Shown here: positions 5,208-14,697 of the stretch, in pieces | Position numbering within the stretch: the first letter of the stretch is position 1 | Layout of the letters: the number at the start of each line of letters is the position of its first letter | NCBI RefSeq assembly: GCF_001735745.1 | Contig: NZ_CP017260.1 | Location: forward strand, 2,370,001-2,402,000 | Length of the DNA: 32,000 bases | Source: Formosa sp. Hel1_33_131 | GTDB lineage: Bacteria > Bacteroidota > Bacteroidia > Flavobacteriales > Flavobacteriaceae | Reading direction: 5' to 3' | Program-made: the position numbers and the translations under genes | The notes under the pieces: generated by a model | Databases searched by the model: none | Seen by the model: only the letters and a program-made list of their open reading frames with translations | Told to the model about the DNA's origin: nothing

Positions 5208-7655
5208 TTACCCCTCAAAACCATTCCCAAAACCGCCACGTGGCGCACGTTTTTTCTTCTGATTGAAACGGTAGGTAAAGGATAAATTGTACGAACGTAC
5301 TCGCCATCGGTAATAACTATCGCTGTAAAATGTGGGCGTCGTAGATTCTAAATTGCGACGTTGTGTGTTAAAGAGGTCATTGACACTAAATGAAATAGAT
5401 GCCTTTTCTTTGAACAGATCTTTACTAAATGCCATGTTTGTAGAAAAACGACCCTCTCGTTTGTTGACGGCATCAATTCGTGGACCATCATAACTTACTC
5501 GTGTTTGCCATTCTATGTTTCCGGGTAAGGTGTATTTGTTGTTCAAACGGATGAACCAGTTTAAGTTTTCGGAATCATAACTTAATCCTTTATAGGTGCC
5601 TCTAATAATGGATTGAAAGAGGTTGAAATTTACATTCATATTCCACTTTTTGGCTGGACGGTAGGTGAGGGTAAACTCAAACCCATAACGGTCGTTTTCA
5701 GCCAAGTTGATAGGGCCCCGTCGAATGATCGGCACACTCTGACCATCCACCACAACTTCTTCGCCAGTATCTTCACTTACATAAGTGAACACATCGGTTG
5801 CATGGTTGAAATACAAAGAGGTATTGAGTGTTAAAATGCCAAATTCGTTAAGGTAGCCAATGTCAAATCCATCCGAATAACTTGGAGTGATGTTTGGATT
5901 GCCTTGAAATAAATTCGTCGCGCTACTTCTAGAAGGAAACGGATTTAAAAAGCGTGAACGCGGTCGGCTGATACGGCGGTTATAGCCTAAAGTTAAGCTT
6001 TGCGTTTCAGAGAATTCATAACCCAAATTAACCGTAGGAAAGAGCCCCACATAATTATTATTGTTATATTCATTAGTACTGAGTTGTTGAATGGTCACCC
6101 GTGTCGATTCCAATCGCAAGCCAAATAAAAATGAAAATTTATCTTTGAGTTTACTTCCAAATTGGGAGTAAAACGCATTGACATCTTCTTTATATATTAA
6201 GGTGTTACTCACGCCAGTATCCAATACAAAAACACCGTTTTCAGAAAATTCTAATGTATAATCCGTTGTGTTTTTACTGAACCGTCCATTATAGCCCGCT
6301 TCAAAACGACTGTGTTCTCCTATGGGAAGCGTGAAATCTGTTTTGAGTAAAACACGCTCTTGATCTTCTATGGTTTGAACCCGTTCGGCAACCACAGAAT
6401 TATTATAAATGATGGAGTTTTCGTCTTCGGCACTGTTTTCAACTTGGAAATCTACGGTCAAACGGTGTTCGCTATTGCCGTGAAACTGCTTGTCAAAATT
6501 AATAGAAAACTGTGTGGTTTCATCCGTTTCAAATTCGGGAGCATAGCGCAAGGATTCACTTACAAGCGTTTTGGATGCATCCAAGGTTTCCGCCCTGTTA
6601 AGGGTCTCATTACTATTGTCATTTTTCCGAACTAAAAAAGCAGATGTTAAGGAGGTGGTTGGGTTGATATACCACTCGATGCCTGTGTTGCTGTTAAATC
6701 CTTTTCGAATCCGATCAAAGGTGCGGTATTCGTTCCGAAACGTATTTGGAGCGTCTTGAATAAATATTCCATCATCGTCGTATTCGGTATTGAAAAACTC
6801 AGTTTTTGTGGTTGAATTCCCTGGACTGTTACGGTAAGAATAGCCAGAGGTGTTAAAGATGTTTACATTTCCTGTACGGTAATTAATATTTCCCAAGCCC
6901 CCTAATTGATCTGGATGTCCTGCATTTAGAATGATGGCACCATTTAATCCAAGTAGCTTGCTACGTCTCAAAATAATATTTAAAATTCCAGCAGTCCCTT
7001 CAGCATCATAGCGCGCAGAAGGGGAGGTGATAATTTCAACTTTTTCAATCGCATCTGCGGGGAGTTGTCGCAACGCATCGGTTGAATTCAGCCCCACCAA
7101 ACCAGAGGGTTTTCCGTTTATTAAAATACGTACATTTTCATTTCCTCTCAAGGCGACATTGCCTTCAATATCCACAGAAACAGAGGGCACGTTGTTTAAT
7201 ACATCACTGACGCTGCCACCTCTTACCGTGAGGTCTTTGCCTACATTGTATATTTTTTTATCTAATTTAATTTCAACCGTTGTTCTTTCAGCAATGATGT
7301 CAACGGCATCCAATGCTTGTAAGTCTTCTGCCATTTTAAGCACTCCAAAATTAACATCTTGAGTGATGTTGTAGTTTGGTTTTGTAAGCGTTTCAAAGGA
7401 GAAATATTCAAAGGAGATGTCATAAACTCCTTTCGGAATCGCAATGCTAAAATTACCTTCGGTATCTGTAATGCCGCCACGAATTATCTTATTTTCAGTA
7501 GGGCTAAAAAATGCGATGGTCGCATATTCAAGCGGAAGCTGGCTCTCTTTTTCTAGGATAGTTCCAGAGACAACAAAGCTGTCCACTTTTCTTTGGGCAA
7601 ACAAAGAGCAATGAGCTAGAACTAAAGTAATGGCAAATAAGAAATACTTATTCAT
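5208..7655 (-). CDS. TonB-dependent-receptor-like outer-membrane beta-barrel protein with N-terminal CarboxypepD_reg-like domain
   Basis: 815 aa. Signal peptide MNKYFLFAITLVLAHCSLFAQ. VSGTILEKESQLPLEYATIAFF resembles the carboxypeptidase-regulatory fold. A plug-like region follows (VDIIAERTTVEI...NVPSVSVDIEGNVALRGNENVRILINGKP). The remainder is a long region of alternating beta-strands ending ...YNLSFTYRF. Confidence 0.9.
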   Translation of the reverse strand: MNKYFLFAITLVLAHCSLFAQRKVDSFVVSGTILEKESQLPLEYATIAFFSPTENKIIRGGITDTEGNFSIAIPKGVYDISFEYFSFETLTKPNYNITQDVNFGVLKMAEDLQALDAVDIIAERTTVEIKLDKKIYNVGKDLTVRGGSVSDVLNNVPSVSVDIEGNVALRGNENVRILINGKPSGLVGLNSTDALRQLPADAIEKVEIITSPSARYDAEGTAGILNIILRRSKLLGLNGAIILNAGHPDQLGGLGNINYRTGNVNIFNTSGYSYRNSPGNSTTKTEFFNTEYDDDGIFIQDAPNTFRNEYRTFDRIRKGFNSNTGIEWYINPTTSLTSAFLVRKNDNSNETLNRAETLDASKTLVSESLRYAPEFETDETTQFSINFDKQFHGNSEHRLTVDFQVENSAEDENSIIYNNSVVAERVQTIEDQERVLLKTDFTLPIGEHSRFEAGYNGRFSKNTTDYTLEFSENGVFVLDTGVSNTLIYKEDVNAFYSQFGSKLKDKFSFLFGLRLESTRVTIQQLSTNEYNNNNYVGLFPTVNLGYEFSETQSLTLGYNRRISRPRSRFLNPFPSRSSATNLFQGNPNITPSYSDGFDIGYLNEFGILTLNTSLYFNHATDVFTYVSEDTGEEVVVDGQSVPIIRRGPINLAENDRYGFEFTLTYRPAKKWNMNVNFNLFQSIIRGTYKGLSYDSENLNWFIRLNNKYTLPGNIEWQTRVSYDGPRIDAVNKREGRFSTNMAFSKDLFKEKASISFSVNDLFNTQRRNLESTTPTFYSDSYYRWRVRSYNLSFTYRFNQKKKRAPRGGFGNGFEG

Positions 7656-7677
7656 AAATATCGGTTAATAGTGGACA

Positions 7678-7685
7678 CAAAAATA
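7678..7685 (-). promoter_or_regulatory. Bacteroidota-type -7 promoter box (TAnnTTTG)
   Basis: The minus strand reads TATTTTTG, 23 nt upstream of the receptor ATG at 7655, inside the 112-nt gap after bioB. Confidence 0.4.
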
Positions 7686-7767
7686 ACTTCCTAAACAGTG
7701 TGTTCAGGTTAATATTGTGTTAAATAATAAGGAGTTAGATTGTCTAAATAATGAAATTATTTAAGTA

Positions 7768-8853
7768 CTATTTCATTTTTCTTCGAAGTTCCTTAGCCTG
7801 TTTTGTGGCCTCTACATTTCTTTCGATAACATGCCCAGGACGTGTCCACTTAACAGCTTCGTCTTTTTTTAATAAAGATTTTCGAATTTTGAAGTTATCA
7901 ATCGTTTCTTTTTTCTTTTCAGTTGGAATTAACCCCAACAAAGAAAACATTTCGGCATCTTTATCTTCTCCAGGATTTGGAGTTGTCAATAATTTTTCAC
8001 CTGCAAAAATGGAAGAGGCGCCCGCCATAAAACATATAGCTTGGGCTTCCATACTCATTTCTGTTCTTCCTGCGGATAGTCGTACCGTTGTTTTTGGCAT
8101 CACAATTCTTGTGGTCGCAATCATTCTAATAATGTCCCAGACGGGAATGATATTTTCAGACGCTAAAGGCGTTCCCTCTACAGGAACCAATGCATTAATG
8201 GGGACGGAATCGGGAATTCTTTCTAAACTCAACAAGCTCATGAGCATTCCAATTCGATCCTCAACACTTTCGCCCATGCCTATGATGCCTCCGGAACATA
8301 CTTTTAAAGCGCCTTTATTTACATTTTTCAATGTTTCTAAGCGGTCATCATAACCTCTTGTAGAAATGACTTCTTTGTAATAGTCTTCAGAAGTATCTAG
8401 GTTATGATTGTAATAATGTAAGCCTGCATCTGCCAAACGCAACGCCTGACTTTCAGTAATCATTCCGAGTGTGCAGCAAACTTCCATATTTAAATGACTG
8501 ATGCCTCTAACCATTTCTAAAACGCTTTCGAAATCATCTCCTTCTTTGACGTTTCGCCACGCAGCGCCCATACATACACGAGAAGATCCATTTTTTTTTG
8601 CTTTTTTAGCTAAATTAATGACGGTGTTTACAGGCATTAAGTCATTCTTTTCAATCCCTGTATGATATCTAGCAGCTTGAGGGCAGTAGCCGCAATCTTC
8701 GGGGCAGCCTCCCGTTTTTATCGAAATTAAAGTGCTTACTTGAATTTTGGTTGGGTCATGATGCAGTCGATGCACAGTCGCGGCTTCAAAAACCAATTCC
8801 ATTAATGGTTTGTTGTATATTTCTAAGATATCTTTTTTTGAGTAGGCTTTCAT
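7768..8853 (-). CDS. bioB: biotin synthase
   Basis: Radical-SAM motif CPEDCGYCPQ, typical BioB sequence throughout, and biotin-operon context. It carries a roughly 40-aa basic C-terminal extension. Confidence 0.95.
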   Translation of the reverse strand: MKAYSKKDILEIYNKPLMELVFEAATVHRLHHDPTKIQVSTLISIKTGGCPEDCGYCPQAARYHTGIEKNDLMPVNTVINLAKKAKKNGSSRVCMGAAWRNVKEGDDFESVLEMVRGISHLNMEVCCTLGMITESQALRLADAGLHYYNHNLDTSEDYYKEVISTRGYDDRLETLKNVNKGALKVCSGGIIGMGESVEDRIGMLMSLLSLERIPDSVPINALVPVEGTPLASENIIPVWDIIRMIATTRIVMPKTTVRLSAGRTEMSMEAQAICFMAGASSIFAGEKLLTTPNPGEDKDAEMFSLLGLIPTEKKKETIDNFKIRKSLLKKDEAVKWTRPGHVIERNVEATKQAKELRRKMK

Positions 8854-8894
8854 TTTAATTCTTCTTTAATTCGGGGTTATAAAAAACGTGGATT

Positions 8895-10052
8895 TTAATT
8901 TATGGATAGCAACAAACTTACCGCATTTCCTCCAAAACCGACGGCATTGACTAGTATTTTTTTTATTTTATTTGGATGTTTTTGATCCTTCAAAAATGGA
9001 ATACTAATAAATTGTTGCTGTTGCAGCATTCGGATGGCGAGTTCTAAACTTAAACCACCCGATGCCCCAAGTGTATGTCCGATTTTCCATTTGTTGGAAG
9101 TTAAAGCGGGTGTTTTATCTTTAAACAATAGTTTGATTGCATTGTATTCGGAGGTGTCTCCTTTGATGGTTCCAGGGGCGTGCATGACAATAACATCAAT
9201 AGTTTCTGGTTCAACTGAGCTCATAGCCATTGCCATGGATTTCTGAAAACAATCGGCATTGGTTGAAATGGAAATATTATGTTTTAAAGGTTCTGTTGCA
9301 TATCCAATGCCTTCAATGATTGCGATTGCATTTTTTTTAGAGCCTTTTTCTAAACAAAATACGGCAGCACCTTCGCCCACTATCATTGTATTTTGTTTTT
9401 TATTAAAATCTAAAGTTTTACATGGATACGCACTTTTATCATTAGAATAAATCTTTAAGGCTTTCATCTGTGCGATTGTGAAAGGTGTATTAGATGCTTC
9501 ACATCCGCCCACCAAAAAACGATCGGCCATACCGCTTGTGATCCAGGCTATGCCATTTAAGACCGCATGTAAAGCGGTAGAGCAGGCTATTGAATGGCTA
9601 ATCGTTGGCCCATTTGATTGTAAATCGTGACCTACCCAAGAGGATATGTTTCCTAAGGTGGTTGTCGGAGAACTTAAGGTTGAAACATTTGCATTTTTAC
9701 TATGTATAAACTCCGAGTGGTATTTTTCAAATAGGGTAGTAGCGCCCCTCGAAGATCCAATATTAATTCCAAAAGATTTATTGTTCCAAGACACTTTTGC
9801 TATTGCTTTTCTAGAAACGTCTATAGCCAGTAAAACAGAGGGATCTAAATCTTTATAATGTGCAGATTCTTTTAGTAAATTGACAACTTTCCAGTCGTTA
9901 TCGGATAGCGCACTCACCAAGGATTCAAATCCGTCGAAGGCTTTATTTATAAAGTTATGTTTTTCAGTGAGGTATTGCTCCCAAATTTGCTGGTCATTAC
10001 TTCCAAGTGCAGATATAGAGGCCATACTCATTATTGAAATTTTTTCTTTCAT
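8895..10052 (-). CDS. beta-ketoacyl synthase (KAS I/II, FabB/FabF-like) encoded inside the biotin operon
   Basis: 385 aa. Cys-His-His triad candidates: SIACSTALHA, VMHAPGT, KIGHTLGASG. C-terminal GFGGNAVSLLL. Its ATG directly abuts the bioA stop codon (TAAATG). Confidence 0.85.
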   Translation of the reverse strand: MKEKISIMSMASISALGSNDQQIWEQYLTEKHNFINKAFDGFESLVSALSDNDWKVVNLLKESAHYKDLDPSVLLAIDVSRKAIAKVSWNNKSFGINIGSSRGATTLFEKYHSEFIHSKNANVSTLSSPTTTLGNISSWVGHDLQSNGPTISHSIACSTALHAVLNGIAWITSGMADRFLVGGCEASNTPFTIAQMKALKIYSNDKSAYPCKTLDFNKKQNTMIVGEGAAVFCLEKGSKKNAIAIIEGIGYATEPLKHNISISTNADCFQKSMAMAMSSVEPETIDVIVMHAPGTIKGDTSEYNAIKLLFKDKTPALTSNKWKIGHTLGASGGLSLELAIRMLQQQQFISIPFLKDQKHPNKIKKILVNAVGFGGNAVSLLLSIN

Positions 10053-11318
10053 TTAAACTAGTTCTAATGCATTTTCAATGACTTCATAGATTCTTTCTAA
10101 TTCTTTATTTGTAATTACAAATGGAGGTAGTATGTAGATCGTATTTCCTAAGGGTCTTAAAAACACACCTTCCTCCATAAAATAATTAAATAATGTGTCT
10201 CGTAAGGATCCATATCTGTCCATTTTTACTTTTAAGTCTAATGCAAAAATCACGCCTAAACACCGAGTAGCATTTACGTTTTTATGATTTTTAATACGAG
10301 TTTCAAAATCCAAGTGTCGCGTACTGATTTCTAAAATTCTGTCTTGAATTTCTTTAGATACTAATAAATCAATTCCGGCAATTGCCGCCGTGCATGCTAA
10401 GGGGTTGGCGGAATAGGTATGTCCGTGAAAAAAACCTTTTGTAATATCGTCATCACAAAATGCTTCGTAAATTTTTTGAGTACAACTTGTCAATGCCATT
10501 GGCGCGATGCCAGCAGTAAGCGATTTAGACATGCAAATAATATCGGGTTGATGAAGCATGTATTCAGACGCAAAATTCTTAGCTGTTTTCCCAAAACCCG
10601 TCATTATCTCATCAGCTATGGCGATGACATTATTTTCTTTGGCTATGGCTAACAGTTCGTCTAATAAATCAGCATCATACATCCGCATTGAATTCGCTCC
10701 TTGAACCAACGGTTCATAGATAATAGCTGCAATTTCACCTGTGTCAACCAAATTTTTAAAATTGGTTATAACAGTTTTTAAATTGTCTTTTGTGGGAACT
10801 TTAATTCTGTCAATCGTTAGTAAAAATGACTCAAACGGCCCATTGTAAACAGATAAGCCTGAAACGGACATTGCTCCAAAAGTATCGCCATGAAATGCAT
10901 CTTCTAGTGCTATAATCCGCGTTCGTTTTTCTTTTTTATTAAAAAAATATTGAAGCGCCATTTTTATAGCTACATCGACCGCGGTAGAACCATTGTCAGA
11001 AAAAAATAGTTTGTTCTGGTTTGAAGGGAGGATAGCCATCAATTTTTCTGATAATTCTATCGCTGGTTTATGCGTAAAGCCACTAAAAACAACTTGATCT
11101 AATACGTCCAGTTGCACTTTAATCTTTGAAATAATAGAGTCATTACAGTGGCCATACATACAAGTGTACCAAGACGCAATGCCATCTATATATTCTTTGC
11201 CTTGATTATCATAGAGCGAGGAGCCTTTTGCTTTTACAATTGGCAAATGGTTTGGCTTTAATTTATGTTGTGTTAAGGGATGCCATAAATGGGCTTTATC
11301 TCTTTCAGTTAAATTCAT
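10053..11318 (-). CDS. bioA: adenosylmethionine-8-amino-7-oxononanoate aminotransferase
   Basis: 421-aa class-III aminotransferase (LWHPLTQH..., ADEIMTGFGKT, PLP-Lys context MSKSLTAG). Its start overlaps the bioD stop (TAATG). Confidence 0.95.
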   Translation of the reverse strand: MNLTERDKAHLWHPLTQHKLKPNHLPIVKAKGSSLYDNQGKEYIDGIASWYTCMYGHCNDSIISKIKVQLDVLDQVVFSGFTHKPAIELSEKLMAILPSNQNKLFFSDNGSTAVDVAIKMALQYFFNKKEKRTRIIALEDAFHGDTFGAMSVSGLSVYNGPFESFLLTIDRIKVPTKDNLKTVITNFKNLVDTGEIAAIIYEPLVQGANSMRMYDADLLDELLAIAKENNVIAIADEIMTGFGKTAKNFASEYMLHQPDIICMSKSLTAGIAPMALTSCTQKIYEAFCDDDITKGFFHGHTYSANPLACTAAIAGIDLLVSKEIQDRILEISTRHLDFETRIKNHKNVNATRCLGVIFALDLKVKMDRYGSLRDTLFNYFMEEGVFLRPLGNTIYILPPFVITNKELERIYEVIENALELV

Positions 11319-11938
11319 TATAGGGTTTCTAATAAGGGTTTCAGTAGGGTTGCGTATCTTTTGACGACCGCTTTATTAATTATTTTTTCGTCATTAATTC
11401 TTCCTATTATTGGAATACTGGTCATTTTTTTAATAATACTTTCTGAGGTTTTAAGCTCATTACCGTTAAATATAATTCCAGCAATAGCGATGCCTCTATT
11501 TTTTAATAATTCTATCGTTAAAAGTGTATGATTAATACTTCCTAGATAATGTTTGGACACCACAATAACTTTATAGTCACTTTTAATAAGGTCTAAAATA
11601 GTTTCAGAATCATTTATAGGCACTAATAGCCCGCCAGCACCTTCGATAACTAAATTGTTTGTTGTAGTTGGCTTTGCTATTTTTTTGGAGTCAATACGAA
11701 TGTCGTCTATCTCAGCTGCTGCATGTGGACTCATCGGAGTTTTCAATGCGTAACTGTTCTCAAATATTTTTGAGTGCGGATTGCTAATTAATGCTTTAAT
11801 TTTATGAGAGTCCGAGTGTGATAATTGGCCGGCCTGAATAGGTTTCCAATAATCGGCGTTTAATGCTTCAGTGACAATAGCAGATACCACTGTTTTTCCA
11901 ACATCAGTTCCAATTCCGGTGATAAATAGGCTTTTCAT
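11318..11938 (-). CDS. bioD: dethiobiotin synthase
   Basis: 206 aa. P-loop GIGTDVGKT, EGAGGLLVP motif, operon context. Confidence 0.95.
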   Translation of the reverse strand: MKSLFITGIGTDVGKTVVSAIVTEALNADYWKPIQAGQLSHSDSHKIKALISNPHSKIFENSYALKTPMSPHAAAEIDDIRIDSKKIAKPTTTNNLVIEGAGGLLVPINDSETILDLIKSDYKVIVVSKHYLGSINHTLLTIELLKNRGIAIAGIIFNGNELKTSESIIKKMTSIPIIGRINDEKIINKAVVKRYATLLKPLLETL

Positions 11939-11966
11939 GTGGGGTATATATGGGGTTTATTTATTT

Positions 11967-13100
11967 TTAAATAAGGTTACTAAATATATGAAGAATGCCT
12001 TCAATTTCAGAGGTGGAATTATAGCTATGAATACAGAACCGAATTCGTTCTGTTCCTAAAGCTACTGTTGGAAATAAAATTGCTTTTACATCGTAATTCT
12101 CTTTTCGGATTTTAGAAGCAATATCTTTTGCTTTTAAGGGGTCGCCAATAATACAACTTTGAATAGCACTTTCACTTTCAATAAATTTGTTTTGTAAATT
12201 ATGAATTTTAATGCCATTCATAAACGTCCTAATATTTCTTTTAAGCTTTGTTAGCTGATCTGTGATTTCAAGTTCATTAAGTGCAAATTTGATTGTTAAA
12301 GCGGCATGAATGGGCATAGCGGTCGTATATATAAATGGCCTCGAAAAGTTTATTAGATAATTTCGCAACTCATTTGAACCTAAAATAACAGCCCCATGAC
12401 ACCCCAATGCTTTTCCAAATGTGATGACCCTCGCAAAAATAAAATCTCCTAAACAAAGTTCGTCAATCAATCCTTTGCCTTGAGTTCCAAAAACGCCTGT
12501 GGCATGTGCCTCATCAACAATTAAGTAACACGAATGTTTTGCACAAAACTCAGAGATGTCTTTTAAAGGTGCTCTATCTCCATCCATAGAGTAAATTGAT
12601 TCTACAACGATATAAATTGTTGCTGATACCGTTTTGGTATTTAAATATTTCTTTTTTAAATCCGAAATAGAATTGTGCTTAAAACTATAGGATGTGGCAT
12701 TTGACAATCGAATACCGTCTCTAATTGAGGCATGACAGAGTTCATCAAACAAAACAATGTCGCCTCGTTGAGGTACGCTAGAAAGCAGACCTAAATTTGC
12801 ATCATAACCCGAATTAAAAAGCAGTGCACTAGGGGTTTTAAAAAACCCTGCGAGTTTATTTTCGACTTCGATGTGTATTGCATGATTTCCAGAAAGGAGT
12901 CTAGATCCTGTACTCCCATTTACAAACATAGTTTTTTTTGAGGCGCTTTCAACAGCTTTAGTAATAGTTTTTAGACGTGAAAAACCCAAATAGTCATTGG
13001 ATGAAAAATCAATTCGTTCATGAGAAGTCGTCAACGTTCTGAACGAATTGTTGTTTTTTCTTGAGGTTATTTTTGAAATCAGGGGGTTTGGGAATTTCAT
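11967..13100 (-). CDS. bioF: 8-amino-7-oxononanoate synthase
   Basis: 377-aa alpha-oxoamine synthase fold (SNDYLGF, DEAHATGVFG, PLP-Lys in TFGKALGCHGA). It is the first gene of the bio operon. Confidence 0.9.
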   Translation of the reverse strand: MKFPNPLISKITSRKNNNSFRTLTTSHERIDFSSNDYLGFSRLKTITKAVESASKKTMFVNGSTGSRLLSGNHAIHIEVENKLAGFFKTPSALLFNSGYDANLGLLSSVPQRGDIVLFDELCHASIRDGIRLSNATSYSFKHNSISDLKKKYLNTKTVSATIYIVVESIYSMDGDRAPLKDISEFCAKHSCYLIVDEAHATGVFGTQGKGLIDELCLGDFIFARVITFGKALGCHGAVILGSNELRNYLINFSRPFIYTTAMPIHAALTIKFALNELEITDQLTKLKRNIRTFMNGIKIHNLQNKFIESESAIQSCIIGDPLKAKDIASKIRKENYDVKAILFPTVALGTERIRFCIHSYNSTSEIEGILHIFSNLI

Positions 13101-13171
13101 AGTGCTAACTTAGAAAAAAAAACAAACAATTGGAAGATTATAAGACTAGAATTCTATATACAGAATGCACG

Positions 13172-13513
13172 TTAAAGAATGTCCAGAATCCGCTCGTTAG
13201 GACGTCCAATAACGCCTTTGTTTTTATGGATCACAATGGGACGTTCTATGAGTTTTGGATGGGTTGCCATGGCTTTAATTATACTTTGATCTGATAATTC
13301 CTTGCCTTTGAACTCCGATTTCCATATTGCTTCATTCTTACGCACAAGATCGATGGGTGCGATGTCTAAAACTGTAATAATTTCTTTCAGTTCAGTTGCA
13401 TCCAAAGGATTGGAAATATAATCAATAACTTCATAGGGCTGTTCAGACGCTTGAACGGTTTGAAGCCCTTCACGCGATTTCCGACAGCGGTTGTTGTGGT
13501 AAATTTTTATCAT
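13172..13513 (-). CDS. ArsC/Spx-family (YffB-like) reductase-fold protein
   Basis: 113 aa. [17 protein letters not shown] has the conserved N-terminal Cys context. ...[10 protein letters not shown] is typical of the family. Its start overlaps the prfB stop (ATGA). Confidence 0.8.
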   Translation of the reverse strand: MIKIYHNNRCRKSREGLQTVQASEQPYEVIDYISNPLDATELKEIITVLDIAPIDLVRKNEAIWKSEFKGKELSDQSIIKAMATHPKLIERPIVIHKNKGVIGRPNERILDIL

Positions 13514-14617
13514 AACGTATCTGGTTTTTCTTTTTGTCCCATCAGCATCAGATATGCTTTTAAGAAGGGGGTGATGTCACCATTCATCACATTGTCCACA
13601 TTCCCCGTTTCTTTAGCGGTTCGCACATCTTTGACGAGTTTATAGGGATGCATGACGTAATTTCGGATTTGACTTCCCCATTCAATTTTCATTTTCCCTG
13701 CTTCAATATCTTCGCGCTGTGCCAATTGTTTTTTGAGTTCAATTTCATACAATTGCGATTTCAGCATTTGCATCGCTCTGGAACGGTTGTCGTGTTGTGA
13801 GCGTGTTTCAGAACAAGAAATTTGAATTCCCGAAGGCTTGTGGGTTAACTGTACTTTCGTTTCCACTTTATTCACGTTTTGTCCACCAGCACCACTGGAA
13901 CGCGCGGTGGTGATGTCAATATCCGCAGGGTTGATATCGATTTCGATTGTATCATCCACAAGAGGATACACATAGACCGAGGCAAAACTGGTATGGCGTT
14001 TGGCATTGCTATCAAAAGGAGAAATACGCACCAAACGATGCACGCCGTTTTCACCTTTCAACCATCCAAAAGCAAAGTCCCCTTCAATTTGAAGCGTCAC
14101 GGTTTTGATTCCAGCAACATCCCCATTTTGGAGGTTGAGCTCTTTAATTTTGAAATTATTTTTTTCTGCATACATCACATACATACGCATGAGCATATAC
14201 GCCCAATCACAACTTTCGGTACCACCAGCACCTGCTGTAATTTGTAGCACGGCACTGAGACCATCCCCTTCTTCCGAAAGCATGTTTCGGAATTCAATAT
14301 CTTCTAAATAAGTAGAGGCAAGCTCAAATTGTTTTTCAACTTCTTCAGCAGTCGTTTCTCCTTCTTTAAAAAAATCAAATAAGATTTCGAGGTCTTCTGT
14401 GTAGGTTTGCACTTTTTCAAAATCGCTCACCCATTTTTTGTTGACTCGTAAAGATTTCATGAGCAGCTCGGCTGCTTTCGAATCGTTCCAAAAATCAGGA
14501 GAAAAGGTTTTTTCTTCTTCATTTTGAATTTCGATGCGTTTGGCATCTAAGTCAAAGATACCTCCTCAACGCTCCAAGGCGCTCAAAAAGATCTTTTATG
14601 TGATCGTGTGTTATCAT
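13510..14617 (-). CDS. prfB: peptide chain release factor 2, requires a programmed +1 frameshift
   Basis: Frame 0 starts at the ATG at 14617 ([21 protein letters not shown]) and ends at an in-frame TGA (14552-14554). The +1 frame continues [37 protein letters not shown]... into the track ORF 13510..14460. SPF (RISPFD) and GGQ (SGAGGQNVN) motifs are present. Confidence 0.95.
14551..14566 (-). promoter_or_regulatory. prfB +1 frameshift cassette (SD-like AGGAGG, then TAT CTT TGA C)
   Basis: The minus strand reads AGGAGG TAT CTT TGA C. This matches the autoregulatory RF2 frameshift site known from E. coli (AGGGGG TAT CTT TGA C). Confidence 0.9.
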
Positions 14618-14697
14618 AATTTTATTTCGAAATACAAAAATAGAATTTATAGTATAGAATGAAAATAATATGTAGTTTTATATCCAAAATAAAATTC

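Noticed and set aside
7751-8353. 200-aa plus-strand ORF antisense to bioB, plus similar antisense ORFs inside prfB (13879..14247), the TBDR gene (7027..7362), the basic-tail gene (28368..28758) and uvrA (several)
   Set aside because: These are shadow ORFs opposite strongly supported genes, with low-complexity or hydrophobic nonsense sequence.
5208-13100. TonB-dependent receptor immediately downstream of bioB, considered as part of the biotin operon (biotin uptake)
   Set aside because: A 112-nt gap with its own TAnnTTTG box precedes the receptor gene. Nothing in the sequence ties it to biotin, and adjacency alone is weak evidence.
13147-13156. Perfect 10-bp palindrome TAGAATTCTA about 50 nt upstream of bioF, considered as a BirA/biotin operator
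   Set aside because: It is short, AT-rich and contains an EcoRI site, so it is likely to occur by chance at this composition. It does not resemble the long dyad of known BirA operators. It cannot be supported without comparative data.
13510-14460. The track start MKSLRVNKK... as the true start of RF2
   Set aside because: The frame is open further upstream and joins a 21-codon leader through the canonical CTT TGA C +1 frameshift. The Met at 14460 is internal.
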